64,000 nucleotides of DNA from Paramoeba atlantica (taxonomy: Eukaryota > Protista > Discosea), in contig CDRNVI010000044.1 of the NCBI GenBank assembly GCA_977017575.1, forward strand, positions 682,001 through 746,000. Reading direction: 5' to 3'. The notes beneath the pieces are model-generated. The model ran no database searches. It was not told the DNA's origin and was given only the letters and a program-made list of their open reading frames with translations. Positions 53,606 through 63,967 of the stretch are shown piece by piece. A program made the position numbers and the translations under genes. How positions within the stretch are numbered: position 1 is the stretch's first letter; each line of letters begins with the position of its first letter.

Positions 53606-54838
53606 GGGGTAAATTGAACGAGAATTCGCTTTTCTTCTATTTTTCGATAATTTCGTCTATTTATGCAGGAAAAAAGGTCCTTCGTACACTTATTTTGCCA
53701 CACCTCTCTTTACGCGTGCTTTTCCGACTTTCTCACTCACACCTCTGTGTATAGCTAATATATTAAATATCAATAACTTCACAGAAATACCGAAGATTTT
53801 TCAGCATGCGAAGTAAAGCGTCGTTACCATTTATCTTCAACTTTCCATTGCTTTTCTCAGATAAAGCTCGTACTCGGCTGCAACGCTTTTCATCCCTCCG
53901 ACCGAGTACACCCCCTTCACGCTTGAGCGTCTTCTTCACAAGTGAATTAGCCGACTCAACTGTGTTTGTATGAACGCCTTATTGGGTTACCCACTCGCGT
54001 CGGTGAACCACTTTTTCCCACTTGTATCTACCTTGCAGTTGCAGATTGTGACGAGCGGAATCAGTCCAGATCCTAGTTCTCGATCCCGCAGCCAGAGCTT
54101 CGATGTTTGGAATAAGTGACGATGTGCTTCAATTGGGGACAACGTCCATAAATATTTCAGAGATTTAATTTTGTCTTGTCGTTTCAACTATAGTTTGAGC
54201 GACTTGCGGCCCTTCACGTCTGACACGTCGAGTACGATTTTTCCTCCCCGCTTCCTCGTTGAGAAGAACATTTCATCGCACTACATGGAGGTCAATGTTC
54301 CATGGCGACGAATTCTTCGAAGTACGTGTATCGTCCCGATCATAGAATCCAACGCTTGGCGCAGCCTGACCATGGTCGTCACACTTAAGCCCGTCTCCTC
54401 CGCTGATACCGCATGTGACTCGCCACGGGAGTACAAAATAATAAATTTCAGCATTTGCTTTGCAGTGCGTTTTGCATTCCCTGGAACCAGGGGCCCAATA
54501 CTGTCATACACCCCTTTGCACTTTTTGGTACACGGCCACTTTTCGTCGCTCAATCGCATTTCCAATGGAGAGGAGTGACTTCGCTTGTTGCATATCTCCT
54601 TCCTTGCAACAAGATCATGGCATTTTAACCAGTGTCGACATTGAGCCTCTGACCACTTTGCTACCTTACTAATAGTTAGCTTCCGACGGCACGTGAATCC
54701 ACGACACCCCTGACACACCATGTAAGGAATTCAGAAAAATGTAAAATATTTTTTCTAAAAGTGCATGGATAATTTACCCCGCTTTTCTCAATATTTATTA
54801 CCAAATTTTTGGAAAGCGAATTCTCGTTCAATTTCCCC
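53606..54838 (-). mobile_element. Merlin transposon with intact TIRs and 8-bp TSD; transposase pseudogenised
   Basis: TIR ggggtaaattgaacgagaattcgcttt / aaagcgaattctcgttcaatttcccc; TSD acagaaat at 53598-53605 and 54839-54846; ORF from 54721 with Cys-rich N-terminus, HTH and TSM*CDEMFFSTRKRG. Confidence 0.9.
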
Positions 54839-55163
54839 ACAGAAATGGTATCTTTAGCGATGAGGAATTCCTTCCATAAGAGGAATTCCCTCTACTGATT
54901 TGCTTCTGTCGCCCATCTATTTTTTCTATTTTTTTTTATTTTTCTTTGGTGTGAACCCCCTAGGCCCACCGGAAGCCTACCCCCTAACACCGCAACGGGA
55001 CCAATTTTTTTTTTTTTGGCCAGTCGAGTTTACCCTCGAGTCCTAGCAAACTAAGGTGAAATTATAAAGAATCACCACATAGAAAACATTTATACGGCAG
55101 TGTATGATACTGTGATACTATGCATAGCATTAATATTAACAATAAAATACTATGCATTAATCA

Positions 55164-55900
55164 TTACTGCATAACAGATTCATCTTCTTCGACATCAGAT
55201 ACTTCAACATCGCTACCATCCTGAGAAACACCTTCGTCCGGAAGAATATAACCCAATTTGTCGCAATTTCCACGTACGAAGATCTGGTGAGAAACGTCAT
55301 CAGGAGCAAGGGAAGCCTGTCTGGAACTGTACCTGTACCCGATTATAGACAGCCACGAATCACATCTGTTAACTTAGGGAGGCGTCCATACGTAGTGCGT
55401 AGCCGCTTCGCAAACAGAGGGAAACATCTCACTTCCGGGACCACACCACCACTCGTACTCATTCAGAAATACCGTCGGATCCCAACCATAATCGGAGCAG
55501 GAGACATACCTCGCCCACTCGTCAGCCGAGATTTCAAAGATCGGAGTTTCAGCAGATGTTCCATCCGCATTCTTATCGAATATGTTGTTCGCTCGACCCA
55601 CTGAAATGGGTTGTAATGCGCATGGACGAGCGAACTGCACGATCCACGCTGGGCGAAATAATAGAATATCGCTCCAAAATCGCATGTTATGGTTTTTCTG
55701 CAAGCGCTTTTTATGACAAATCAAAGATTCTTTCAGAAGTTCCGGTGCAGATTCACTCTCGCTGTGCTGAATAAAAGTTGCAGCGTTGTTCCAATGTGCG
55801 TAGCCATTGGCTTACCAGCATTGTCCGAAAATTTACGCAAGGCGCTGTGTAGGATCTTGCATTGCTGTAGAAAATCTTCGCAACTGGCATTTGACAAATA
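55164..55900 (-). pseudogene. hAT transposase C-terminal relic (dimerisation domain)
   Basis: EWWCGPGSEMFPSVCEAATHYVWTPP*VNRCDSWLSIIGYRYSSRQASLAPDDVSHQIFVRGN followed by an acidic tail. Confidence 0.75.
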
Positions 55901-56007
55901 GTTAGCAGTACAAACTCCTCACAAAATTCCGAGAGTCGAAACTGTAGTTCAATCTAGCGAATTGAGGTCTGAAGTACATCGTAACTGGGAACGTAGTATC
56001 CCAAGTA

Positions 56008-56360
56008 CTGTACCCCCCCCCCGTATATAATAGCCTCGCTTTTGCCCAAATGAACCTACGAAGGGGGGAGGGCGATTAAAAGTTGGCACAGAAATCGCCC
56101 TACATTTGGGAGCGAGGGACCAGGAACTATCCAATCGCTAAGTGGGCACCGGCGCTCTTCCAAAGTACAATGTCCAGCACGACCCCGCGCCATACCTCGA
56201 AGATCCATGTGAAAAAAAAATCAAAATATTTAAGACGGTGCAAGAAAAATTAAAAAGCAATTCCTCGGCTTGCCAAAAAAAGAACTCCCCAAAGTAACCC
56301 CCCAAAGAAGAGAACCCCCAAAGAAGAGAACTCCCCCAAAAAAAGAAACGGGGGGTACAG
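56008..56360. mobile_element. TA-flanked MITE (CTGTACCCCCC termini)
   Basis: TA-ctgtacccccccccc gt ... acggggggtacag-TA; subterminal aagagaacccccaaag repeats. Confidence 0.7.
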
Positions 56361-56605
56361 TAAATAGGATACGCAAATTCCTGTTCAATGGAATGCGAAA
56401 AGAACTACAGAAAATCTGTTACTGACAAAAGTCACAGGACATCTAAGAGGTGTGACTCCTATCCAGGCGCTTCTAGGCGCTCCCACCCAGAGTCACCCCT
56501 CTAAGATCTCATTTCAGTCTTACCCCACAATGGAAATAGACATGAAACGTTTCTGACTGAATGATGATTTGTCTAAAACGGAGAATATACTATATTGGAC
56601 ACCCA

Positions 56606-57193
56606 CTATATGATGCCTTCATGAGGTATTTCAGACTCAAAAGAAGTGCGATCTACTCTCATCTGCACTTCATCTCCTCGCATGCCACATTTCTTGTAGA
56701 ATCCAATGTTTTCTGTCCGACAGCCCAATACAACTTTGTAGCATTGCTCATTAGAAGATGTTGAGGGATCTTCTATGAGCATATATCCGAATGCTATACG
56801 TATTAGTGAACGTACTAGAACACGTCCTAGTGAGCTGCCTCTATGAGAGGGAAGCACCACAACGTCTTCAATGTGTCCAACAGTCCCTAACTGATGAGTA
56901 TACTTCGGCTCCCAAAGGAGTGAAGCAGTTCCGAGAATCTTACCGCCAGAGGTGCTTGCGGCAACTATGGTCAGTTTGCGATCGGAGCATAAGTGAAAGC
57001 GTCTTCGGAACTCAGGGTACGTAATCGGACTATCTCCGAGACAGCTAAGGTGTCCAAGCAGAAACAAAAAGTCGTTTTCATAATCAAGCTCGGACAGCGC
57101 TCGTACCTGGATCGAAATTCCCGAAGGCAGAGTACCTGTAAAAGGGAGCGATGTTGCGTTGAAAGGATCAGAAGATGCAGATTGCAAATTCAT
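56606..57193 (-). CDS. GNA1: Glucosamine-6-phosphate N-acetyltransferase (GNAT)
   Basis: VRALSELDYENDFLFLLGHL, GTASLLWEPKYTHQLGTVGHIEDVVV..RGSSLG and CYKVVLGC..NIGFYKKCG. Confidence 0.92.
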   Translation of the reverse strand: MNLQSASSDPFNATSLPFTGTLPSGISIQVRALSELDYENDFLFLLGHLSCLGDSPITYPEFRRRFHLCSDRKLTIVAASTSGGKILGTASLLWEPKYTHQLGTVGHIEDVVVLPSHRGSSLGRVLVRSLIRIAFGYMLIEDPSTSSNEQCYKVVLGCRTENIGFYKKCGMRGDEVQMRVDRTSFESEIPHEGII

Positions 57194-57892
57194 TTATGAA
57201 CAGTTTGATGAAACATCAAGAATATTAACAAAATCAGACGCAAGGGACCAGTTTTTTGTATTTGTACAGGTGAAAATTTATATTTTTAGTGCCTTAGTAA
57301 GCGTAAGCTTAAAATAAGCTACATTACAGTGTTCCGTTTGTGGCTTGCATGTCAATCCCGTATTGCACTGATTGCTTTAATGCCTTTCGCACTCACATAC
57401 GAAGCCTTCTCAGCACTTCTAAACAATGCAAATATTTGTATTCTTCTTTTTTTGGCATATTCTGCACTGATCGTAGCACTAATTCCTTTTTAGTGTCAAA
57501 TCAAGACCCCCACGATGGATATAAATATTTACATGCATAAGTACGTACAGTCATAACTAAGTACGTAGTTAAGCTAGACAAATTGTTAATTTTACCGGAA
57601 AATCGATTTCCAGGTCCCTCGAAATCGTTAAAATCGTTATACTGTTCTGCAAATTTCAAGTGCTTTCGTCATCAGAAGACTTTCTGTTCTGATGAATAGA
57701 AACAGAATTATCAATACTATTGGTATGCAAATAGGGTCGCAATATTATTCGTCACATGTATTCAATTCTAAGTGGGGCAACTCAACAAGAAAATACGAAG
57801 ATTATACCTAAAATTGTCATACTAGACGAGTCAACATCTGAGAAACATTTTTCGAAGCTATACAATGATACATCGTACTACTCTTCAGGATC

Positions 57893-59137
57893 TCAATTCT
57901 CAGTCACCGCATCAATCATTGCCTTCTTTACTATAGGACGCAAGTCTGCTAATCGAGAGGGGCAGTTAAACTGCGAAGCTGCCTGAGTTAATAAGTCTTT
58001 AAGCGTAACATTATCTTCATCTACTTCTTTCAGCGCTGTACGGATGAATTCGTGTACTGCTGTACTAGTGGGCAACTCTTCTAGGGATGGTTCGCTCTTC
58101 ACCTTTGATTGTTTTTTGCTAATTGGGTCCTCAGAAGGATTCTTTCTCTTAATAGGCGGTGATGCGACTGTATCAATTTCGAGTTTTTCAGTGCCGCGAA
58201 GCGTCAAGAAAATGTTAGAGTGGGGAACTGTTCCAACAATGTTAAACAAAACTCGTTTCTTTGTATCGGACGTCGGACCGTCCGCCTCCTGTTCATCATC
58301 CTCGTTTTGCTCAGTATCGCTATTTGCTACACCTAGCGGGGCACGTATGTGAATTCTTTTTCTGTCTGCGTCGAGTAAGTATTCGATTGCGCAATCCGGC
58401 TTCAGTGGCTCATATTCCGTATTGACGTCCTCGCCAAAAGTAATATCGGTGGCGGCTGCATAAATAAAGAGTGTTGCATCCGATTTTTCTCCTCTTTGTA
58501 TTCGGTATCCAATCGGTGATGTTCGTGCAAGAATAAGTCGTCCTCTACGATCCCGGTTTTCTGGTTTACACTGTAAGTCCACGCAAAAACAAAGCACATC
58601 AGCAGAGGAGTCATACTGAAATTCAGTCAAATTTTGGTGTTGTGCCTCTGCTGAAGAAGCCGAGACGAGTTTTTCAAGATTGACCTTACAGTTCACCTTG
58701 TGATAACAATTAAGACCGAGAGAAACTCCAGAGCTCCCCAATGCAATATTGCCAGCACTCGAGGCCACCAGAATTGAATTTCCCGTACTACTTGGACCTA
58801 AATCATTAGCACAGTCCATCACAATTTTTAAAAATCTGTCCTCGAAAAGTTCGATGGTAAAGCCGTTACCATTGATAATCTTTCTGTCATTGAGCACTTG
58901 TTTTGCTTTTTCCACGAGAACAGGGTCCGGTTTTGAAAAACAGTTCAAGCCTAAAATGAGCCCCGTTTGTCCAACTGGACGATTTCCTACAGATGAAGCA
59001 ATAATCGTCGTCTTTCCGGAGCTGCTCTTTCCGAAACTTCGAGTCAAATTAAGAAGAAGTGCGAGCTGATCGTTGGGAAGAACGCTAAGGGCAATGTTCT
59101 TGCATCCGGGGTATTCGGAATATCCGTCAGGTAGCAT
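57893..59137 (-). CDS. Protein with tandem S-x-[ST]-G-[KN]...ASS.GN...GLNC repeats and a C-terminal DEK-C-like domain
   Basis: Repeats FGKSSSGKTTIIASSVGN..LGLNCF and LGPSSTGNSILVASSAGN..LGLNCY; C-terminus VHEFIRTALKEVDEDNVTLKDLL..ASQF..ADLRPIVK. Confidence 0.7.
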   Translation of the reverse strand: MLPDGYSEYPGCKNIALSVLPNDQLALLLNLTRSFGKSSSGKTTIIASSVGNRPVGQTGLILGLNCFSKPDPVLVEKAKQVLNDRKIINGNGFTIELFEDRFLKIVMDCANDLGPSSTGNSILVASSAGNIALGSSGVSLGLNCYHKVNCKVNLEKLVSASSAEAQHQNLTEFQYDSSADVLCFCVDLQCKPENRDRRGRLILARTSPIGYRIQRGEKSDATLFIYAAATDITFGEDVNTEYEPLKPDCAIEYLLDADRKRIHIRAPLGVANSDTEQNEDDEQEADGPTSDTKKRVLFNIVGTVPHSNIFLTLRGTEKLEIDTVASPPIKRKNPSEDPISKKQSKVKSEPSLEELPTSTAVHEFIRTALKEVDEDNVTLKDLLTQAASQFNCPSRLADLRPIVKKAMIDAVTEN

Positions 59138-59663
59138 TCAGGAAATAAATAAGAACGTTAAGCAAGACCCTTCTGCTGAATAATGAATAAGGATATTCTC
59201 AAAAAAGGAATAGATTTTCCTGATATAGTTCGATACTTCTATGACATAAAGGGCCATTTTTGGTCTGATTACTCTAATATCGCTGTCTTCAAAATCCTAT
59301 TTGCATACTTTCGGATCCAAAGATAGCAAAGCTATGCTATGTTACGCAACAACGAAGATGTACACAGATGTGTGTGCTCGTCGTTTAATATTCGGATTTA
59401 TGCTTGCATTCACCATATGTCCAGAATTGAAATCTAAAACACCAGTCATCACAATCCTTTTTTTCAAACAGAAGAAATAAGAATCGGTTTATTTCGGCAA
59501 TTATTTCGGACCCGGAGGAATCGGAATCGGATAATTTCTATGGGTACCTTCCCAGATCGACGAGGTACAGAAAAGGAAGATAATCGTACGTTTTGTTCAC
59601 CCAAAAAACAATATTTCTGTTCTCTAGTTCTCTGTCATCTAATATGGAGGTCACATAAAATAT

Positions 59664-60161
59664 CTACTGGGATGGAATAGTATCCAAATGTTTTAAATTT
59701 GCTGGACTAGATTTTTTATAATACGCGTTCAATCCGATTGAAACACCAGAGTTTCCCAATTGCATAGCCCCACGAGAGCTCGCAATCAATATGGATGTAC
59801 CGGACCGACTATCACCTAACATGTTCGCACAATCCACGATGCATATGAGCCGTTTTTCCTCAATTTCCAAATCAAAGCCGTCGTCTGTCCTATACTTTTG
59901 CGTACAAATAGCCTTTTGCAGTTCATTCATCGGAATTCGTGAGTTCTCAGAGAAGCAGTTAAATCCCAATATGATACCTGACTTTCCCAGAACTCTATTA
60001 CCAGCCGTGCTAGCTAGAAGAGAAGTCTTTCCACTAGTGGATCTTCCGACTGACTCTCGAAGGTCTACATAAAGAGCCAACCTGTTTTTGGGTAGCAACT
60101 TGAATGCAATATTCTTGGCCCCGCTTAAGTTTTTGATTCCCGTGGCAAGAGATGGAGACAT
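59664..60161 (-). CDS. Shorter tandem paralogue of 57893-59137 (two repeat domains only)
   Basis: VGRSTSGKTSLLASTAGN..LGFNCF and LGDSRSGTSILIASSRG..IGLNAY. Confidence 0.7.
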   Translation of the reverse strand: MSPSLATGIKNLSGAKNIAFKLLPKNRLALYVDLRESVGRSTSGKTSLLASTAGNRVLGKSGIILGFNCFSENSRIPMNELQKAICTQKYRTDDGFDLEIEEKRLICIVDCANMLGDSRSGTSILIASSRGAMQLGNSGVSIGLNAYYKKSSPANLKHLDTIPSQ

Positions 60162-60561
60162 AATGAAACTATTTTCAAATTCTTAAAAAAGAGTGCAGTT
60201 TTTTTTGCTACACACCCTAAACCCTTCGCCCAGTTATCGTCAAGAATGCTCTTTATGCTACATTTGGGGATCGATCTACAAATTCACACAACAAACGATT
60301 AACAACGGATGTTAGAACAGTTCTATAATATAGAAAAGATCATGAATTGTTGAGACAAAAAAAAACAGTACCTGTAAGCTACGAACTAATAGTTACTATG
60401 GTAACTAATACCATAGTTACTATGATAATTTTTAAATGGCAAGGTGGAAATCAAAACAATATACGAGCAAGAAAATGTGTCGTAAAATACTTATCTTCTC
60501 GAACCTCCCTTCTGTAAAGTACGTATCCAAGAGAACACTTTGAGTGCCTTCGTATGATAAG

Positions 60562-61785
60562 TCAAACCGGTTCTAGTGTTACGGGATTTAATTCCAGATC
60601 CTCACAAACACGTACAGCAGTATGTGCGTCGTACATGTCTCCGACTACGTTTGACCGACGCTCTCTCCTAAAAGAATCATCATCAAATGCCGATGATAGT
60701 GACACTAACTTCCGAGAAACAGGACAATACACTATGTGATGACGAAACACATACATTGCGTTCTCAAAGTTCTGAACAAAGGTCTGATAGTCGTCATTCG
60801 CAAATTTTGATCTTAGGTCACGTTGAGCTTTGCTCTCATCTGAAATATTTAATTTGGTCGTCGACTCCTCACTACTACCTGTATATTGAACCCAAAAGAT
60901 ATCAGACAGAGTTGTGCAATTAGAACAAAGAACGATGGCTGTGGCGAGTCGAATTCCCGGACACGGTGAACTGTAGTCGCTCCCAGCAAGAACGGACAAA
61001 AATTGAAGATCAGCAAGCTTCGGGACCTTGGGCAAGAAATCTTTAGCAGACCTAGATACATGTGGTGAACTCGGCTGCACAACTTTTAGGGTAGCCGTAC
61101 TTTGACGTGTCGAAACATCTGATCTTGAGTGGGGCGAAATTGGCAGTTTAGGATGACGAAGAACATTGCTCAGATCATACTCTGTTACACTATTTCGACC
61201 GTAGTGGCGCCATAGTCGGCCGCATCCGTACACTAATAGGTCACTATCTTCTCCAATGACGGCATCAATTTCACGGATGCGGTACAGGTAAGCGAGTTGT
61301 GCATCAGCTTCGTAAGGCGACTGAAGAACTGTGACACCTGGTTTCTCACGTAGTCTTAAGAGGACAGAACGAAGTGGTGGGCTATTTATAAAAAAGGTGG
61401 AACTAAATGTTTTCTTTTTTTGAGTAGCAGCTGTTGCAAGGTTATTGGCGGATGTCGTATGAGACCTGCACTTCACCAATGTTTCCTGTGGTACCTTTCT
61501 TCCATCGCAAACGATCACAATATCACAATTCCGAGGCAGAAAGTCATTCCAAAAATACCACACAAGATTTTCGAGAGAGGAATTTGAAAAGTTACATGAG
61601 GTTTGTCCGGCCGTGTGAAGAGCTCTATAGAAGACGTTGCTACCATCTATGCCTATACGGGGAAGCTTTCGGCCGTTCTGAACATTTCGACCCTCTAAAA
61701 TGGTGGTGATGTTCCTCAGAGCATCTTGCAGTGTATTTCTGTGCGCGACAGAGTTAAACACTTTGTAAAAATCACGAATGCCCAT
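60562..61785 (-). CDS. EXO1: XPG/Rad2 family nuclease, exonuclease 1-like
   Basis: MGIRDF, GIDGS, VCDG, QSPYEADAQLAYL, VIGEDSDLLVYG and LAGSDY..PGI. Confidence 0.85.
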   Translation of the reverse strand: MGIRDFYKVFNSVAHRNTLQDALRNITTILEGRNVQNGRKLPRIGIDGSNVFYRALHTAGQTSCNFSNSSLENLVWYFWNDFLPRNCDIVIVCDGRKVPQETLVKCRSHTTSANNLATAATQKKKTFSSTFFINSPPLRSVLLRLREKPGVTVLQSPYEADAQLAYLYRIREIDAVIGEDSDLLVYGCGRLWRHYGRNSVTEYDLSNVLRHPKLPISPHSRSDVSTRQSTATLKVVQPSSPHVSRSAKDFLPKVPKLADLQFLSVLAGSDYSSPCPGIRLATAIVLCSNCTTLSDIFWVQYTGSSEESTTKLNISDESKAQRDLRSKFANDDYQTFVQNFENAMYVFRHHIVYCPVSRKLVSLSSAFDDDSFRRERRSNVVGDMYDAHTAVRVCEDLELNPVTLEPV

Positions 61786-62213
61786 TTAAAATATGCTGCA
61801 TCAAAATGATAGATAAAATGTCAGTATTAACGATGTACGTAAAACCATGCGAATATCTATACCCTATAGATAAAACCAGTAAATTGGTTTCTTTCATAGG
61901 AAATGGTTCAGAATGCCTCTTCAGTAAGCAGAATACTATTGTACATACAATCCCCATATATTTAGTAGGGCTACGTGCGACCCCTCCTTTAATAGGGCAA
62001 ATTTTGTCCAGAAGGCCAAAAAAGATTTCTGGGAAAGCCAAAAATATATTTGTTATCTTTTTCCCATAGCTACCCCAACGTAAAAAGGTGTATCAAAAGG
62101 CAGCAGCACCAAGTTTAACGACGATAAAAACGGCGCCGTGAAGCATTGTAATAAATTACAATTAATTTGTATTGTATTGTATTTATAGAGTTCGGAGCCC
62201 AATATAAGCAGGT

Positions 62214-62925
62214 TTGCGAACACATTATTCTCCAGAACCCGAATGGTGCACTCCCCAAGGGGAGGGCAAACTCCTCGGGGCGCACATCGGGGAGTCCGAC
62301 GTCAAGGAGGAAGCGTGGGTTCTCTCAAAGGCCCCCAAAGTAATCTCCTTCCTTGAGAAGCTGAAGGATCTCAGCAAGCAATGTGCCTTGCTAAGGCTTT
62401 GTGGGAGTCCTCGATGGAATTACATCGTGAGGACCCACGAGCCTCAAGTCACCAAAGTAGCCAATGCTCAGGTAGACAAGGCCGTCCTTGCATGTGCCGA
62501 GGCTCTGCTCGGGGGGATAGGCTCCTTGGGAAATACGTCATTTTCAAACAACCTCTTTACGGAAGACTTTCTAGGGACCATCCCCTTCAAGCACAAAGCC
62601 GTGGACATGCAGGCCAAGGCAAAGAGCGCCCTGCAAGGCCTACCCCCTGGCGTGCCGGCTAAGGAGCAGAGCCGCATCCTATGTGTGGAGGTCATGGGGA
62701 AAGCACCCACTGCTACTCAGTTGGTCTGCATGAGGCAGATTCAAAACATCCACTCCACTAATTGGATGAATGCCTGGCCCAACCCCTTGGCACCGTCCTA
62801 CGTCGGGAAGGAGGCCGCTGAGCCGTCCCATACCCTTAGGACGGCTGAAGCCAACAAACGTTCCACCCCCTAGCGTTCACAACCTATGAGATTCCGGGTC
62901 CTGAGACCCTGGACTTTCTCCAGAA
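62214..62925 (+). mobile_element. CRE/SLACS-like retrotransposon fragment (RT thumb and downstream region)
   Basis: GC-rich; GKLLGAHIG, LEKLKDLSKQCALLRLCGSPRWNYIVRTHEP..AQVDKAVLACAEALLG. Confidence 0.72.
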
Positions 62926-63328
62926 GGTGGCGAGGGCTCACACATCGGACAAAAACGGGTGCCTCTCGCATATGTTGATTGCTATTGGGGTGGTAATTCA
63001 GAGGGGCCGTACTAAGATCGGTACCGCCGCGGGGTACGGGGGTAGGGGTTGGGCTAGAATTTCGTGTAGAACAAAAAAAATATTATACCATATAGCGCCG
63101 CGAAATACTATAATATTGCAGTACTACATATTGTAGCAGGGGCTGAGTTGGCTTAGTATTCAAGCCACGTTTTCTAAAAGGCACGCGCTTTGGATAGCTC
63201 ATGAGGTCTCCTCAAGAGGCTCGTAATAACATTTTCCAGAATAGAAGTAGTGTCTCATAAGTCTTCGAAAAGCTCTACACAGGGGAAAAGCTATGCAGGT
63301 GTATACACGTGTACATGCATGTATGTGT

Positions 63329-63967
63329 TCAGTGCATACCGGACAACTGTGATTCTGCCATTCGTAGTTGTATCTTTAAAGAATCTATTCGCTTTTGGAG
63401 TTGGTTCCTGTCCTCATCATTCGACTCTTGTTTCCACGCCTTTGTTGCCGCCGTAATTCGCTTTGCCTCAGCCGCCTCTCTCTCTCTTTTAGCAAGGTAT
63501 TTACTGCGAATAATGTCCTTAAGCGCCTCGTTTTCTTCATTTCCTCGAACCTCATCAGGAAGTAATTGTAACGCAGTCTCCATTGGATTTTCAGGTAACG
63601 GGACGCGAGAGAACACAGAGTCCACTACGTGAGATATTTCAGCTACCAGCCGATCATCTTCCTCTGGCGATTCCATGTGTGAAATATATTGATGTGGGTA
63701 TTTTGAATCCAAGCCGTCGACGTTTTCTTGAAAAACCTTCTCAGCGTTATGCTCCCTGAGATCACGTAAGAGATCAAACTCGCTTAACGGTGTGCCCAAT
63801 ATTGTGCGAGACCCTGCGAGAGGATCCGTAGAGCATGTGCGTCTTTGACAGTATTTGTAGTTGACTCGCATACAAGTTCTTGCGCCAACAGAACGTAGAG
63901 AAATCACTCGCTGCAAAGCTGTAACAAACATTGGGAAAATACCGAGTAAGAAAAAAACCGCGAGCAA
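63329..63967 (-). CDS. Hypothetical protein, possible mitochondrial presequence and C-terminal coiled coil
   Basis: 212-aa co-oriented ORF; MFVTALQRVISLRS-like start. Confidence 0.6.
   Translation of the reverse strand: MLAVFFLLGIFPMFVTALQRVISLRSVGARTCMRVNYKYCQRRTCSTDPLAGSRTILGTPLSEFDLLRDLREHNAEKVFQENVDGLDSKYPHQYISHMESPEEDDRLVAEISHVVDSVFSRVPLPENPMETALQLLPDEVRGNEENEALKDIIRSKYLAKREREAAEAKRITAATKAWKQESNDEDRNQLQKRIDSLKIQLRMAESQLSGMH

Noticed and set aside
10862-54290. Stop-codon reassignment suggested by TAG at expected Gln positions in transposases (WPP*SPDL, SM*CDE)
   Set aside because: Host genes have no internal stops, and the TUTase ends in TAG and CBP20 in TGA. CAG-to-TAG decay in dead elements is enough to explain it.
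60290-60335. Second SL-like sequence (aacaacggatgttagaacagttctataatatag)
   Set aside because: The core CAGTTTCTGTAC is not matched, no GT donor follows, and it needs several gaps in AT-rich DNA.
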